This document shows positions 19,233 through 28,721 of a stretch of DNA of 54,969 bases, piece by piece. The stretch's first letter is position 1, and each line of letters begins with the position of its first letter. The DNA lies in NCBI GenBank assembly GCA_035353055.1, contig DAOPYW010000006.1, positions 1 to 54,969 of the forward strand, written 5' to 3'. Position numbers and translations under genes: made by a program. This stretch comes from Bacilli bacterium. Its GTDB lineage: Bacteria; Bacillota_I; Bacilli_A; RFN20; CAG-826. Under the pieces are notes generated by a model. That model was not told the origin of the DNA and ran no database searches. It was given only the letters and a program-made list of their open reading frames with translations.

Positions 19233-21839
19233 CTATTTAAATAATTCTTTAATTTGGCGAATAGTATCAGGTATCTTATCAATCGATTTTCCCGCTCCGC
19301 TGGCAAGGTCATCACGGCCTCCGCCACTGCCATCCAACAGGCGAGAGACTTGTCGGACCAATTCTCCAGCTTTATAACCTGCTTTAATAGCTTTCTCTGA
19401 GCAGGCTACCACGATTGAAATGGCGCTGTTATCTTGCCCGATAAAAACGATAGCATATTCATTATTATCTTGTTTTAAATGGTCAATTAAGGAGAGTAAA
19501 TCAGAGCGTTTGCTGCCTTTAAATGATTTGACTAATACGGAAAGATCGCCTCTTTTTTCAAATTCTTTTTGAAGATTATTTGCTTGTGATTGAGCCAATT
19601 TATCTTCCAAAATTGCGAGATTCTTTTTGACTTCTTCAAATTCGCTCTTTTGATTGGCTAAGCGGCCGTTAATCTCGCTCATAGAAGTGACATTTAAATC
19701 CTTCATAACGCGATGTAAAATCGCCTCGCGACGCTTGATTAATTCATAAGCACCATTAGAGGTTCTTGCTTGAATGCGGCGGATGCCAGCTGCAATAGAT
19801 TCTTCAAATTCGATGGCAAAAACGCCAATATCTTCGGTGTTTTTCACATGAGTTCCACCGCAGAACTCTTTGCTGACATCACCAAAGCATACGACGCGTA
19901 CGACATCGCCATACTTATCGTTGAACAAAGCTTTGGCTCCGAGTTTTTTAGCTTCTTCAATGGGGAGAACTTGAGTGTTGTTTGGCAGAGCTTCCGCAAT
20001 CCACAAATTCACTTTTCTTTCCACTTCATTTAGCTGTTCAGAACTCAACTTTTCAAAGTGATTAAAGTCGAAGCGAGAATATTCATCGCTCACGAAAGAG
20101 CCGTGTTGAGCAATGTGATCACCTAGCACTTCACTAAGGGCTTTCTGCAAGAGGTGAACTGAGGAGTGATTGCGCATGATCCTTAAGCGTCTTTGCTGGT
20201 CGACTGATGCGGTTAAGACATCGCCAACTTTAACCTCTCCAAACATCACATCAACATGGTGCAAATGCTGTTGATTTGGAGCTTTATTAACATTGATTAC
20301 TTTAAGAGCAATCAACGAATTTTCTAGAGTTCCTATGTCGCTGACTTGTCCGCCGCTCTCGGCGTAAAAATTGGTTTTGTCGAGCATTATATCACCGCTG
20401 TCGGAGATGGAATCGACTTTCACTCCATCGACAAATAAAGCAATTACTTTAGCTTCTAATGGCTCAGCTTGGTAGAGGAAAGTGGATGGCAAAGTGCAGC
20501 TCATCAAATCGTAGGATTGGCGATTCATGCTTTGCATCTCTCCGCGAGCTTTTCGAGCTCTCTCTTTTTGTGCTTCCATCAATTGATTGAAACCGTCGAG
20601 GTCGACTCTTACTCCGTGTTCTTCACAGATTTCCATGGTCAATTCTTTCGGGAAGCCAAAAGTATCATATAAGCGGAACATGTCGGCAGCTGAAAGCACT
20701 TTTACTCCTTCGATATTCTTCAATAAAAGGGTTTCGCCATTAGAGAGAGTCTTTATGAATTTTTCTTCTTCGCTCTTGATCATTTTAATAATGAAATTCT
20801 CTTTGTTGGCGATATAGGGATAGAATTCATGCATGATTTCCTGGACGACATCCACTAGTTCGTAGAGGAATGGATGATTGATGCCGAGAACTCGGCCGTA
20901 TCTTTCGGCGCGTCTTAAAAGTCTTCTTAAGACATATCCGCGTCCTTCATTGGAGAACATTTCTCCATCCGCTAAAGCGAATGTTAAAGTGCGAATATGA
21001 TCAGCAATCACGCGGAATGCTAATTTGTTCTCTTCGTATTTATGTTTCGATAAAATCTCAGTTTTTTGAATGATTGGCCAGAATAAATCGGTTTCGAAAT
21101 TTGATTCAGTCTCCTGAATGATGCAAGCGAATCTTTCTAATCCTGCGCCGGTATCGATGTTTTTGCTGGGCAATTCTTTATATTCGCTGCGTGGTTTGCC
21201 AGGTTCGGAATTGAATTGCGAGAAGACGATGTTCCAAATCTCGACATAGCGATCATTTTCAATATCTTCTTTTAGCAATTTGATTCCCTGATGCTGGAGA
21301 TCGTATTTTTCTCCGCGATCGAAGAACATTTCGGTATCAGGGCCGCAAGGACCAGCGCCGATTTCCCAGAAGTTGTCAGCCATGGGAATGAGGTGATCTT
21401 CGCTCACGCCGTGGCTGAGCCACTCTCTTTTAGTGTCTAAATCATCAGGGTGATAGGTAATATAAATCTTCTCTCTTGGAAAAGCGAACCATTTGGCATC
21501 AAAAAGTAGCTCGCTAGCAAAAGCGATGGCTTCTTTTCGGAAATAATCGCCGATCGAGAAATTGCCGAGCATTTCGAAAAAGGTATGGTGCCTAGCAGTG
21601 TGACCAACATGTTCGATATCGTTGGTGCGAATGGATTTTTGCGCATTGGTAATTCTTCGGCTGGGAGGAATTTCGCTGCCATCGAAGTATTTCTTCAAAG
21701 CGGCGACACCAGCATTTATCCATAGCAAAGTCGGATCGTTGACGGGAATGAGCGAACTCCCAGGTTCGATGTGGTGGCCTTTGCTCTTAAAGAAGTCGAG
21801 CCACATTTGGCGAATTTGATCAGCTGTCATTTTTTTCAT
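19233..21839 (-). CDS. alaS: Alanine--tRNA ligase
   Basis: RHHTFFEMLGNFSIGDYF, GPCGP, IDTGAGLER, HSSVHLL, FCGGTHV, GGGR. Confidence 0.98.
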   Translation of the reverse strand: MKKMTADQIRQMWLDFFKSKGHHIEPGSSLIPVNDPTLLWINAGVAALKKYFDGSEIPPSRRITNAQKSIRTNDIEHVGHTARHHTFFEMLGNFSIGDYFRKEAIAFASELLFDAKWFAFPREKIYITYHPDDLDTKREWLSHGVSEDHLIPMADNFWEIGAGPCGPDTEMFFDRGEKYDLQHQGIKLLKEDIENDRYVEIWNIVFSQFNSEPGKPRSEYKELPSKNIDTGAGLERFACIIQETESNFETDLFWPIIQKTEILSKHKYEENKLAFRVIADHIRTLTFALADGEMFSNEGRGYVLRRLLRRAERYGRVLGINHPFLYELVDVVQEIMHEFYPYIANKENFIIKMIKSEEEKFIKTLSNGETLLLKNIEGVKVLSAADMFRLYDTFGFPKELTMEICEEHGVRVDLDGFNQLMEAQKERARKARGEMQSMNRQSYDLMSCTLPSTFLYQAEPLEAKVIALFVDGVKVDSISDSGDIMLDKTNFYAESGGQVSDIGTLENSLIALKVINVNKAPNQQHLHHVDVMFGEVKVGDVLTASVDQQRRLRIMRNHSSVHLLQKALSEVLGDHIAQHGSFVSDEYSRFDFNHFEKLSSEQLNEVERKVNLWIAEALPNNTQVLPIEEAKKLGAKALFNDKYGDVVRVVCFGDVSKEFCGGTHVKNTEDIGVFAIEFEESIAAGIRRIQARTSNGAYELIKRREAILHRVMKDLNVTSMSEINGRLANQKSEFEEVKKNLAILEDKLAQSQANNLQKEFEKRGDLSVLVKSFKGSKRSDLLSLIDHLKQDNNEYAIVFIGQDNSAISIVVACSEKAIKAGYKAGELVRQVSRLLDGSGGGRDDLASGAGKSIDKIPDTIRQIKELFK

Positions 21840-21860
21840 AATATTTCCTCCATAGATAAG

Positions 21861-22062
21861 AAAACGTTCCTTAAGGAACGATGTTTAACCGCGTTACCAT
21901 CCTTATTCACACGCTATTGCGTATTGCTCTTAATTCTTACTATGCGGTAGTAGACCGGCGGCATTGCCCGCATCTTCGGAAGTGGCCCATCTATCGGCTT
22001 CTGTATCTTTTCACCTAGCGATACTCTCTGTGAGAGGCGAGGATAGATTTCTTTTCCTGCTT
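21861..22062 (-). promoter_or_regulatory. T-box riboswitch upstream of alaS (Ala specifier GCC)
   Basis: Minus strand: CAGAGAG and GGTGAAA distal motifs, ATCTATC/GATAGAT stem I base, AGAA-GCC specifier (21996-21998), T-box AATAAGGATGGTAACGCGG (21889-21908), terminator CGTTCC-TTAA-GGAACG plus TTTT. Confidence 0.88.
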
Positions 22063-22094
22063 AAAGTTAATTTATCACATAAATATGATAAAAA

Positions 22095-23228
22095 CTAGAT
22101 ATCTATTTGCTTTTTATCGCGATAAATATGCTCGATTAATCCTCCGCCCAAACACACATTTCCGTCATAGAGAACCGCTGCTTGTCCTGGAGTGACAGCT
22201 TTATAAGGTTTATCAAAGATAAGTTCGATCAAATTATCCGCTAAACAATGGATAGTCACCCCTTGATCAGCTTGGCGATATCGGAACTTAGCGGATAGAT
22301 GCTGACCTTCTTTGGGAGCATCAGCGATAAAGTTGATATTGCTGACCGTGCAAGAATCGCTGAGCAAGTAGTCATTTTCTTGCCCTGAAGCGACATAAAG
22401 AATGTTTTTCTTCACATCTTTATTGACCACGAACCAGCCTTTGGCTTCTTCTCCGGAGATCCCTCCGATGCCTAAGCCGTGGCGCTGACCAATCGTATAG
22501 AACATCGCTCCTTCGTGATATCCCACCACTCTTTTAGTTTCAATATCGACAATTTTTCCTCTTTGAGCCGGGAGATAATTCATTAGAAAGTCGCGGAAGC
22601 GTCGCTCGCCAATAAAACAAATACCAGTGCTATCTTTTTTATCCATCACTGAGGTGAGGCCTAATTCATGAGCGATCCGCCTGACTTCTTCTTTATTGAT
22701 GTCTCCGAGAGGGAACAGACAAGAAGAGGCTTGATATTGGCTAATCTGGCTTAAAAAATAGGTCTGGTCTTTATTTTTATCAAAAGATTTAAGCAGATAG
22801 GTCTTTCCGTTTTGCTCGATTGTTTTGGCATAATGGCCCATGGCGATCAAAGAAAAGCCATTCGCCTTAGCAAAATCCAAAAACGGACCGAATTTTATAT
22901 ATTTATTGCAAAAAATATCGGGATTAGGAGTTCTGCCTTGTCGATATTCTGAGAGCAAATAGGAGAAAACATCGTCCCAATACTGCTTAACGAAATCAAT
23001 TCTCAAAAGTTTAATGCCTAATTTATCTGCGACTTTTCGCGCATCATCGTAATCTTTTTCTTGAGGGCATTGCGAATCATTAATTGTAGGGTTGCCTAAT
23101 TGATCATTGTTCGCTAAAGCATCCCAGTTGCGCATAAAACAAGCCGTGACTTCATAGCCTTGCTGCTGCAATAGGTAAGCGGCTACAGCGCTATCAACCC
23201 CGCCAGATAAGCCGATCAATATCTTCAT
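22095..23228 (-). CDS. mnmA: tRNA-specific 2-thiouridylase MnmA
   Basis: GLSGGVDS, TPNPDIFCN, KDQTYFL, KDSTGICFIG, TPGQAAVLY. Confidence 0.97.
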   Translation of the reverse strand: MKILIGLSGGVDSAVAAYLLQQQGYEVTACFMRNWDALANNDQLGNPTINDSQCPQEKDYDDARKVADKLGIKLLRIDFVKQYWDDVFSYLLSEYRQGRTPNPDIFCNKYIKFGPFLDFAKANGFSLIAMGHYAKTIEQNGKTYLLKSFDKNKDQTYFLSQISQYQASSCLFPLGDINKEEVRRIAHELGLTSVMDKKDSTGICFIGERRFRDFLMNYLPAQRGKIVDIETKRVVGYHEGAMFYTIGQRHGLGIGGISGEEAKGWFVVNKDVKKNILYVASGQENDYLLSDSCTVSNINFIADAPKEGQHLSAKFRYRQADQGVTIHCLADNLIELIFDKPYKAVTPGQAAVLYDGNVCLGGGLIEHIYRDKKQIDI

Positions 23229-23677
23229 GATAGCAGTTCCTTGCTGTCTAACAGTAGGGTAAATGGCCCATCATTAACTGAAAAGACTTTCATATCCGCA
23301 CCAAAGACACCAGAAGATATCTTTCCGTGCTTTTCTTCAAGCAATTGATTGAAATAATCGTATAGAGGCTCGGCTTCATTAGGTCTCAAAGCATTGACAA
23401 AAGAAGGCCTTCTGCCTTTGATCACGTCACCGTATAAAGTGAATTGGCTGATGGAAAGAATCGATCCTTCAACATCCTGCAAAGAGATATTTATCATGCC
23501 ATGTTCATCGGGAAAGACTCGCAAAGAGAGGACTTTGTCAGCCATCTTTTGCACGACTTCACGATTGTCCCCATCAGTAAATCCGACAAGCAAAAGATAG
23601 CCTCGACCAATCTGGCCGACTATCTTGCCTTTTATTTGTACTGATGCTTCATTTACGGTTGTTAATACTATTCGCAT
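23225..23677 (-). CDS. dtd: D-aminoacyl-tRNA deacylase
   Basis: SQFTL, GRRPSF, FGADMKV, NDGPFT. Confidence 0.96.
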   Translation of the reverse strand: MRIVLTTVNEASVQIKGKIVGQIGRGYLLLVGFTDGDNREVVQKMADKVLSLRVFPDEHGMINISLQDVEGSILSISQFTLYGDVIKGRRPSFVNALRPNEAEPLYDYFNQLLEEKHGKISSGVFGADMKVFSVNDGPFTLLLDSKELLS

Positions 23678-23679
23678 AG

Positions 23680-24918
23680 TTATTCCTTTTTGATTTTTTC
23701 CCAGTAATCTTTTAAAGCCTGCTCGTATTTATTGTCTTTATAGATGTAGTATTTTGACTGCTTAATATCATCGGGCAAATACTGCTGTTTTACCCAATGG
23801 TGAGGATAGCGATGGGGGTAGAGATAGTTCTGTCCTTTTTGCTCGGATTCCTCTCCATCAAAATGGGTGTTTTGCAAAGCTCTTGGAACAGAAATTCCTT
23901 TGCCTTTACGGATATCGTCGATGGCGGCATCAATCGACAAAGCAGAATTGCTTTTTGGTGCGGTCGAAATCAAAATAACCGCGTTAGATAATGGTAATCG
24001 AGCTTCTGGCATACCGAGTTGCAAAGCGGTATCAACCGCTGATTTAACAATAGAAATGATCTGTGGATAAGCCATTCCAACATCTTCATTAGCGGAGCAC
24101 AAGAGTCTTCGGCAGGCAGCGATTAAATCGCCACCCTCTAATAATTTAGCGAGATAAAACAAGCTCGCGTCTACGTCGCTTCCGCGCAAAGATTTCATCA
24201 AAGCCGATAGATTATCGTAATGTTTGTCTTCTCCTCGATCATAGGAAATATTCCCTTTATCGATAAAATTATTGACGATTTGCTGGGTTATCAGGCGATT
24301 TTCGCTTGACAATGAATGCTCGAGGAAATCGAGATTGTTCAAAGCTTTTCGCATGTCGCCATTCGAATAGTCCGCTAATAGAGATAATGCATCATCGTCA
24401 AATTTAAGTTTTAATAGTTGGCCTGCTCTCTCTAATCCTTTGACTATATCGCTTGAAGGAATTGCTTTGAATTCAAAAACAGTGCAGCGAGATAAAAGAG
24501 CTGGGTAAATGTAGAAGTAAGGGTTTTCAGTTGTAGAGGCGATAAGAGTGATATCTCCTGATTCAACGAATTCCAATAATGACTGTTGCTGCTTCTTATT
24601 GAGATATTGAATCTCATCGAGATATAGCAAGATACCATCGCTGGTAAATACGCTATTGATATCAGCGATAATCTTTTTAATATCCTCAGTAGAAGCTGTC
24701 GTCCCATTCAGTCGATAGAGCGAAAGATTGCTCTGCTTAGCAATGATGTTAGCCATCGTTGTTTTTCCGGTGCCTGGCGGACCGTAGAAAATCATATTTG
24801 GTATGTGATTGGCCTCGATGACACGGCGAAAAATACTATCCTTTTTTAAGAGATCGGACTGGCCGACCATCTCATCGAGATTATTGGGGCGAAGCAGATC
24901 AGCGAGAGGTTTTTGCAT
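23680..24918 (-). CDS. rarA: Replication-associated recombination protein A (RarA/MgsA AAA+ ATPase)
   Basis: PLADLLRP, GPPGTGKT, DEIQ, STTENPYF, LMKSLRGSD, EDVGMA. Confidence 0.94.
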   Translation of the reverse strand: MQKPLADLLRPNNLDEMVGQSDLLKKDSIFRRVIEANHIPNMIFYGPPGTGKTTMANIIAKQSNLSLYRLNGTTASTEDIKKIIADINSVFTSDGILLYLDEIQYLNKKQQQSLLEFVESGDITLIASTTENPYFYIYPALLSRCTVFEFKAIPSSDIVKGLERAGQLLKLKFDDDALSLLADYSNGDMRKALNNLDFLEHSLSSENRLITQQIVNNFIDKGNISYDRGEDKHYDNLSALMKSLRGSDVDASLFYLAKLLEGGDLIAACRRLLCSANEDVGMAYPQIISIVKSAVDTALQLGMPEARLPLSNAVILISTAPKSNSALSIDAAIDDIRKGKGISVPRALQNTHFDGEESEQKGQNYLYPHRYPHHWVKQQYLPDDIKQSKYYIYKDNKYEQALKDYWEKIKKE

Positions 24919-24923
24919 ATTAA

Positions 24924-26234
24924 TTAAGATTCGATTATCTCTTTAATGACATGAATGTGTTGAACAGGGTTTTTAACGATGACAAAAGATTTCTTTATAT
25001 CGTCGCAAACCGGTAGGTAACTGGCCTTATCTTTATTGGTATAAACGGTGCATAATTTGTCGCCTTTATGAATGGCATCGCCGACTTTTTTGCATAGCAC
25101 AATGCCGGCCGACATATCGATGACATCATCGAGAGTGGCACGTCCACCACCCAATCTCATCGAGCTTTCACCGATTTCTAGAGCGTCGATTGATTTGATG
25201 TAACCATCTTGATCAGCGCGTAGTTCAATGATGTTTTTGCTAATCTCGAACTTCTCAGGATGTAGTATATAACTTAAATCGCCACCTTGCGCTTTGACCA
25301 TCAGGCAGAATTTTTCAAATGCCTGACCATTAGCGATGACTTCTTTAAGTTTGTGATGAGCTTCTTCTTTATCCTTGGCGCACTTGGCTTGAACGAGCAT
25401 GATAGATCCAGCGGTATAGCATAATTCCATCAAATCTTCTGGTCCATGTCCGTGGAGAGCATCAATCGCTTCTTTGACTTCGAGTGAGTTTCCCACTGCA
25501 AAGCCTAAAGGCTCGCTCATATCAGATAGAACTGCTTTCGTATCTCGGCCAAGGCGATTGCCAATCTGCACCATGATATGCGCTAATTCTCTAGCGTCAT
25601 CCATGTTCTTCATAAAGGCGCCTTCGCCAACAGTAACATCTAGTAAAATGGCATCGGAACCACTGGCGAGCTTCTTGCTCATCACGCTAGCGGCAATAAG
25701 CGGGATTGATTCGACTGTTCCAGTGACATCGCGTAAAGCGTACATTTTCTTATCAGCCGGAACTAATGATTTGGTTTGTCCCGCCACTGCAATGCCGATG
25801 CTATTGACTTGGTCAATAAAGCGTTGACCGGAAATCGCAATCGTTAATCCTGGGATTGACTCAAGCTTATCTAGTGTACCGCCAGTGTGGCCTAAACCAC
25901 GGCCGCTTAGCTTTGCTAAAGTAGCACCGCAAGCGGCGACCATTGGTCCGAGGACAAGAGTGGTCTTATCGCCAACTCCGCCAGTGCTATGCTTATCGAC
26001 TTTTACGCCTTTGAGCATTGAGAGATCAAGAGTTTCACCCGAATGTTCCATCACATCAGTGAGCGTGGAAACTTCCCGATGATTCATTCCTTTAAATAAA
26101 ATTGCCATCTGCATGGCGCTGCTTTGATAGTCGGGGATTTCACCTTTTACATATCCATTAATCCAAAAGCGGATTTCTTCATCGGTCAGTTCGTGACCAT
26201 CGCGTTTTTTGATAATTAAATCAACCATTCTCAT
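24924..26234 (-). CDS. pdp: Pyrimidine-nucleoside phosphorylase
   Basis: DKHSTGGVGDK, KLSGRGLGHTGGTLDKLESIPG, SVMSKK; start set at MRMVDLI. Confidence 0.95.
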   Translation of the reverse strand: MRMVDLIIKKRDGHELTDEEIRFWINGYVKGEIPDYQSSAMQMAILFKGMNHREVSTLTDVMEHSGETLDLSMLKGVKVDKHSTGGVGDKTTLVLGPMVAACGATLAKLSGRGLGHTGGTLDKLESIPGLTIAISGQRFIDQVNSIGIAVAGQTKSLVPADKKMYALRDVTGTVESIPLIAASVMSKKLASGSDAILLDVTVGEGAFMKNMDDARELAHIMVQIGNRLGRDTKAVLSDMSEPLGFAVGNSLEVKEAIDALHGHGPEDLMELCYTAGSIMLVQAKCAKDKEEAHHKLKEVIANGQAFEKFCLMVKAQGGDLSYILHPEKFEISKNIIELRADQDGYIKSIDALEIGESSMRLGGGRATLDDVIDMSAGIVLCKKVGDAIHKGDKLCTVYTNKDKASYLPVCDDIKKSFVIVKNPVQHIHVIKEIIES

Positions 26235-26317
26235 AATAAAAATACCTCGTTTATATCTTAACACATGAATATGTATTAAGAATACTTTTTGCTTGCTTAT
26301 TATTGTACAATAAAAAT

Positions 26318-27595
26318 ATGGAATTTAAAAAGCATCTAGAGAATTATTTGCCTGCTGATGTCATCAGTTCAATTCTCAACGCTCTCGACCAAAATAATCA
26401 GCGCGCTGTGTTGCTCAATCCTCAAAAATTGAGCGATGAAGAATTTATTGCTGTCCATCCAAAAGTTATCCCACACCCATTTACTCGTCATGCTTATATT
26501 TACGATAAAAACATCGATGATTTAGGCAAGAGCCTCGAGCACGAACTGGGAGCTTTTTATCTGCAGGAGCCATCAGCGATGACCGTATCTAGCTTATTGA
26601 ACTTTTCAGATGATGATGTGGTTCTCGATTTGTGCGCCGCTCCGGGCGGAAAATCCATCCAAGCTTCCTTTCTCATGAACAACAAGGGCCTGATTATCGC
26701 AAATGATATTTCGAAGACAAGAGCGGATAAAATCAAAGACAATGTCGAGAGGCTTGGAATTGGAAATATCATGATAGTTTCTAATGATTTCAGCAACAGA
26801 TATAACTATTATACCAATTGCTTCGACAAGATTATACTCGATGCGCCTTGCTCGGGAAGCGGGATGTTTCGCAAGAACGACTTGATGAGGCAGGATTGGA
26901 CTTATGAAAAGGTTTTGCGATGCCAACAAATCCAAAAAGAATTGATTATTCAAGCTTATCAAATGCTAAAACCAGGGGGAGTTCTGTCATATTCAACTTG
27001 CTCTTTTTCTCACGAGGAAAACGAGGAAGTTATCTTATTTTTGCTATCGAGTAGCGACGCGGAATGTCTCCCGATAAAAGACAGCCCACTCTTTTACACC
27101 ACGAATGAAAAGCTGGGTGTTCATCTATTCCCTCATTTGTTTCCTGGTGAAGGGCAATATATTTGCCACATCAAAAAACCATCAAGACCATTTTCAGTTC
27201 CGAAAATTCCCAACCCAAAGACTTACCAAGACCAGCAGATTATCGGCTGCCCTCAGGTTCTTCGCTACGGAGATACCTTATTTGGCGTTTCAAGATTTTT
27301 CCCTCTCGATCAACTTTCAATTCTTCGCTATGGAGTAAAAATCGGCGAGGTGACTGGCAATGTCATCAAATACGACATTCATTATGCTCGGTATATCAAT
27401 CGATTCAATCAAGCTATTAATCTCAGCCGCCAGCAATGCATCGAATATATCAAAGGAAACTCTATTAATCAGATTTCTTCACGTGGCTTCGTGTTGTTAA
27501 AATACGGTTCATTGAATTTAGACATCGCTAAAAGCGATGGCAGAATCATCAAGAATCGCTATCCAAAGTATTTGAGGAAGAATTATATAATCTAA
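26318..27595 (+). CDS. RsmB/RsmF (NOL1/NOP2/Sun) rRNA m5C methyltransferase
   Basis: YLQEPSAM, DLCAAPGGKS, DAPCSGSG, YSTCSF, PGEGQY. Confidence 0.9.
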   Translation: MEFKKHLENYLPADVISSILNALDQNNQRAVLLNPQKLSDEEFIAVHPKVIPHPFTRHAYIYDKNIDDLGKSLEHELGAFYLQEPSAMTVSSLLNFSDDDVVLDLCAAPGGKSIQASFLMNNKGLIIANDISKTRADKIKDNVERLGIGNIMIVSNDFSNRYNYYTNCFDKIILDAPCSGSGMFRKNDLMRQDWTYEKVLRCQQIQKELIIQAYQMLKPGGVLSYSTCSFSHEENEEVILFLLSSSDAECLPIKDSPLFYTTNEKLGVHLFPHLFPGEGQYICHIKKPSRPFSVPKIPNPKTYQDQQIIGCPQVLRYGDTLFGVSRFFPLDQLSILRYGVKIGEVTGNVIKYDIHYARYINRFNQAINLSRQQCIEYIKGNSINQISSRGFVLLKYGSLNLDIAKSDGRIIKNRYPKYLRKNYII

Positions 27596-28377
27596 TCGAT
27601 GCGATTGAAGCGATATTTTTTCATGTATCGCTTAGACATATATTGATGATCGATAATGCGAAGATGGAAAGATACTTCTTTTTGAACAGTATCCTGTATT
27701 TGTTTTGCGATTTCGCGAGTGGACATGTTTTCATATTCGCTCGGCATTAATGGAGGCAAAAACTTAATGAAAATGGGATATTTCTTATACTCTGGTTTGG
27801 TGTGGAGCACGCGGGGTGTCCCAAAGATAGCGGCTGGCAAAATTGGAGTATTGGTGCGAGTGGCGGCTCTAAAAGTACCATGATGGAACTCACTGCATAA
27901 AGCCATCTGGTCGAAATTGCGTTTCCCTTCGGGAAAAATCATCCAGTTGCGGGATTTATCCTGGAGAAATTCCGTCAGAGTCATCATCGTTTTTAAGGAT
28001 TGCTTGATGTCATCGCGGTCAATAAATAAACCGTTGAGAATTTTGATACAAAGGCCGACAAAGGGCATTTTTTTGGTCTCGATTTTAGCGATGAAGCTAG
28101 TCGGTTGATCCAGAACGCACATAAAGGCTAGCGGATCAAAGGACGAGAGGTGATTGCTGACGAGATAAAAGGGCTCATTGAGAATGTATTCTTGCCCCTC
28201 AACATGAAATTCCACATTTAAAGATTTCGCGACTGAGCGGACTAATTTGGCTAATTTCTTATAGCGCATGCTAATCGGATAGCGATCAGGATGTTTTGAG
28301 TAACGCTTCATCCACGTTAAATATGCCCAAAGGATGGCGATACCTCTTAGAAAGATGGCTTTGAAGTAATGTAGCAT
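27592..28377 (-). CDS. plsC: 1-acyl-sn-glycerol-3-phosphate acyltransferase
   Basis: NHLSSFD (HX4D), FIDRDD, IFPEGKR; start set at MLHYFK. Confidence 0.85.
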   Translation of the reverse strand: MLHYFKAIFLRGIAILWAYLTWMKRYSKHPDRYPISMRYKKLAKLVRSVAKSLNVEFHVEGQEYILNEPFYLVSNHLSSFDPLAFMCVLDQPTSFIAKIETKKMPFVGLCIKILNGLFIDRDDIKQSLKTMMTLTEFLQDKSRNWMIFPEGKRNFDQMALCSEFHHGTFRAATRTNTPILPAAIFGTPRVLHTKPEYKKYPIFIKFLPPLMPSEYENMSTREIAKQIQDTVQKEVSFHLRIIDHQYMSKRYMKKYRFNRID

Positions 28378-28399
28378 AAGAATATTATATTCTTTTTTT

Positions 28400-28663
28400 C
28401 TACTTAGACAATTGAATGGTTTCCGCGAGGATATATAGGCCAATCTTTTTGTCACATTCTATGTGACCGCGAATGACGATGTATGATCCTTTCGCTGAAG
28501 ACAAGAGAGGATTTTTTTGATCTCTCGTCCAATATAAAACCGGAATCATCGAAACTAGTTCCTCATAGGGATGAAAGGCGTCTTCCGCGCTTGTTTTTAC
28601 TAAGCGAAATCTCTCTTCGATGACCTCGTGCAAATAACCAGTTAAAACCACGCTGCTAATCAT
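28400..28663 (-). CDS. Small OB-fold, SSB-like protein (tentative)
   Basis: 87 aa; MISSVVLTGYL and KGSYIVIRGHIE...YILAETIQ resemble SSB beta-strands. AGGGGG RBS. Confidence 0.5.
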   Translation of the reverse strand: MISSVVLTGYLHEVIEERFRLVKTSAEDAFHPYEELVSMIPVLYWTRDQKNPLLSSAKGSYIVIRGHIECDKKIGLYILAETIQLSK

Positions 28664-28698
28664 AAAAAAGCCCCCTATTATGAATATTATAAGGGGGC
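28664..28698 (-). terminator. Pullulanase terminator whose 3' arm is the SD of the SSB-like ORF
   Basis: GCCCCCT/AGGGGGC 7 bp stem followed by TTTTTT then ATG on the minus strand. Confidence 0.65.
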
Positions 28699-28721
28699 GC
28701 GTTAATTAAGAAGTCTCAAAT

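Noticed and set aside
5178-21593. Sense-codon reassignment (AGG to Met, CGG to Trp/Gln) as reported for some uncultured Bacilli
   Set aside because: AGG encodes conserved Arg in LepA KKRMK and AlaS TARHHTFFEM (21591-21593); CGG encodes the Arg of LepA REM; CGA is also at conserved Arg sites. Only a few sites were checked.
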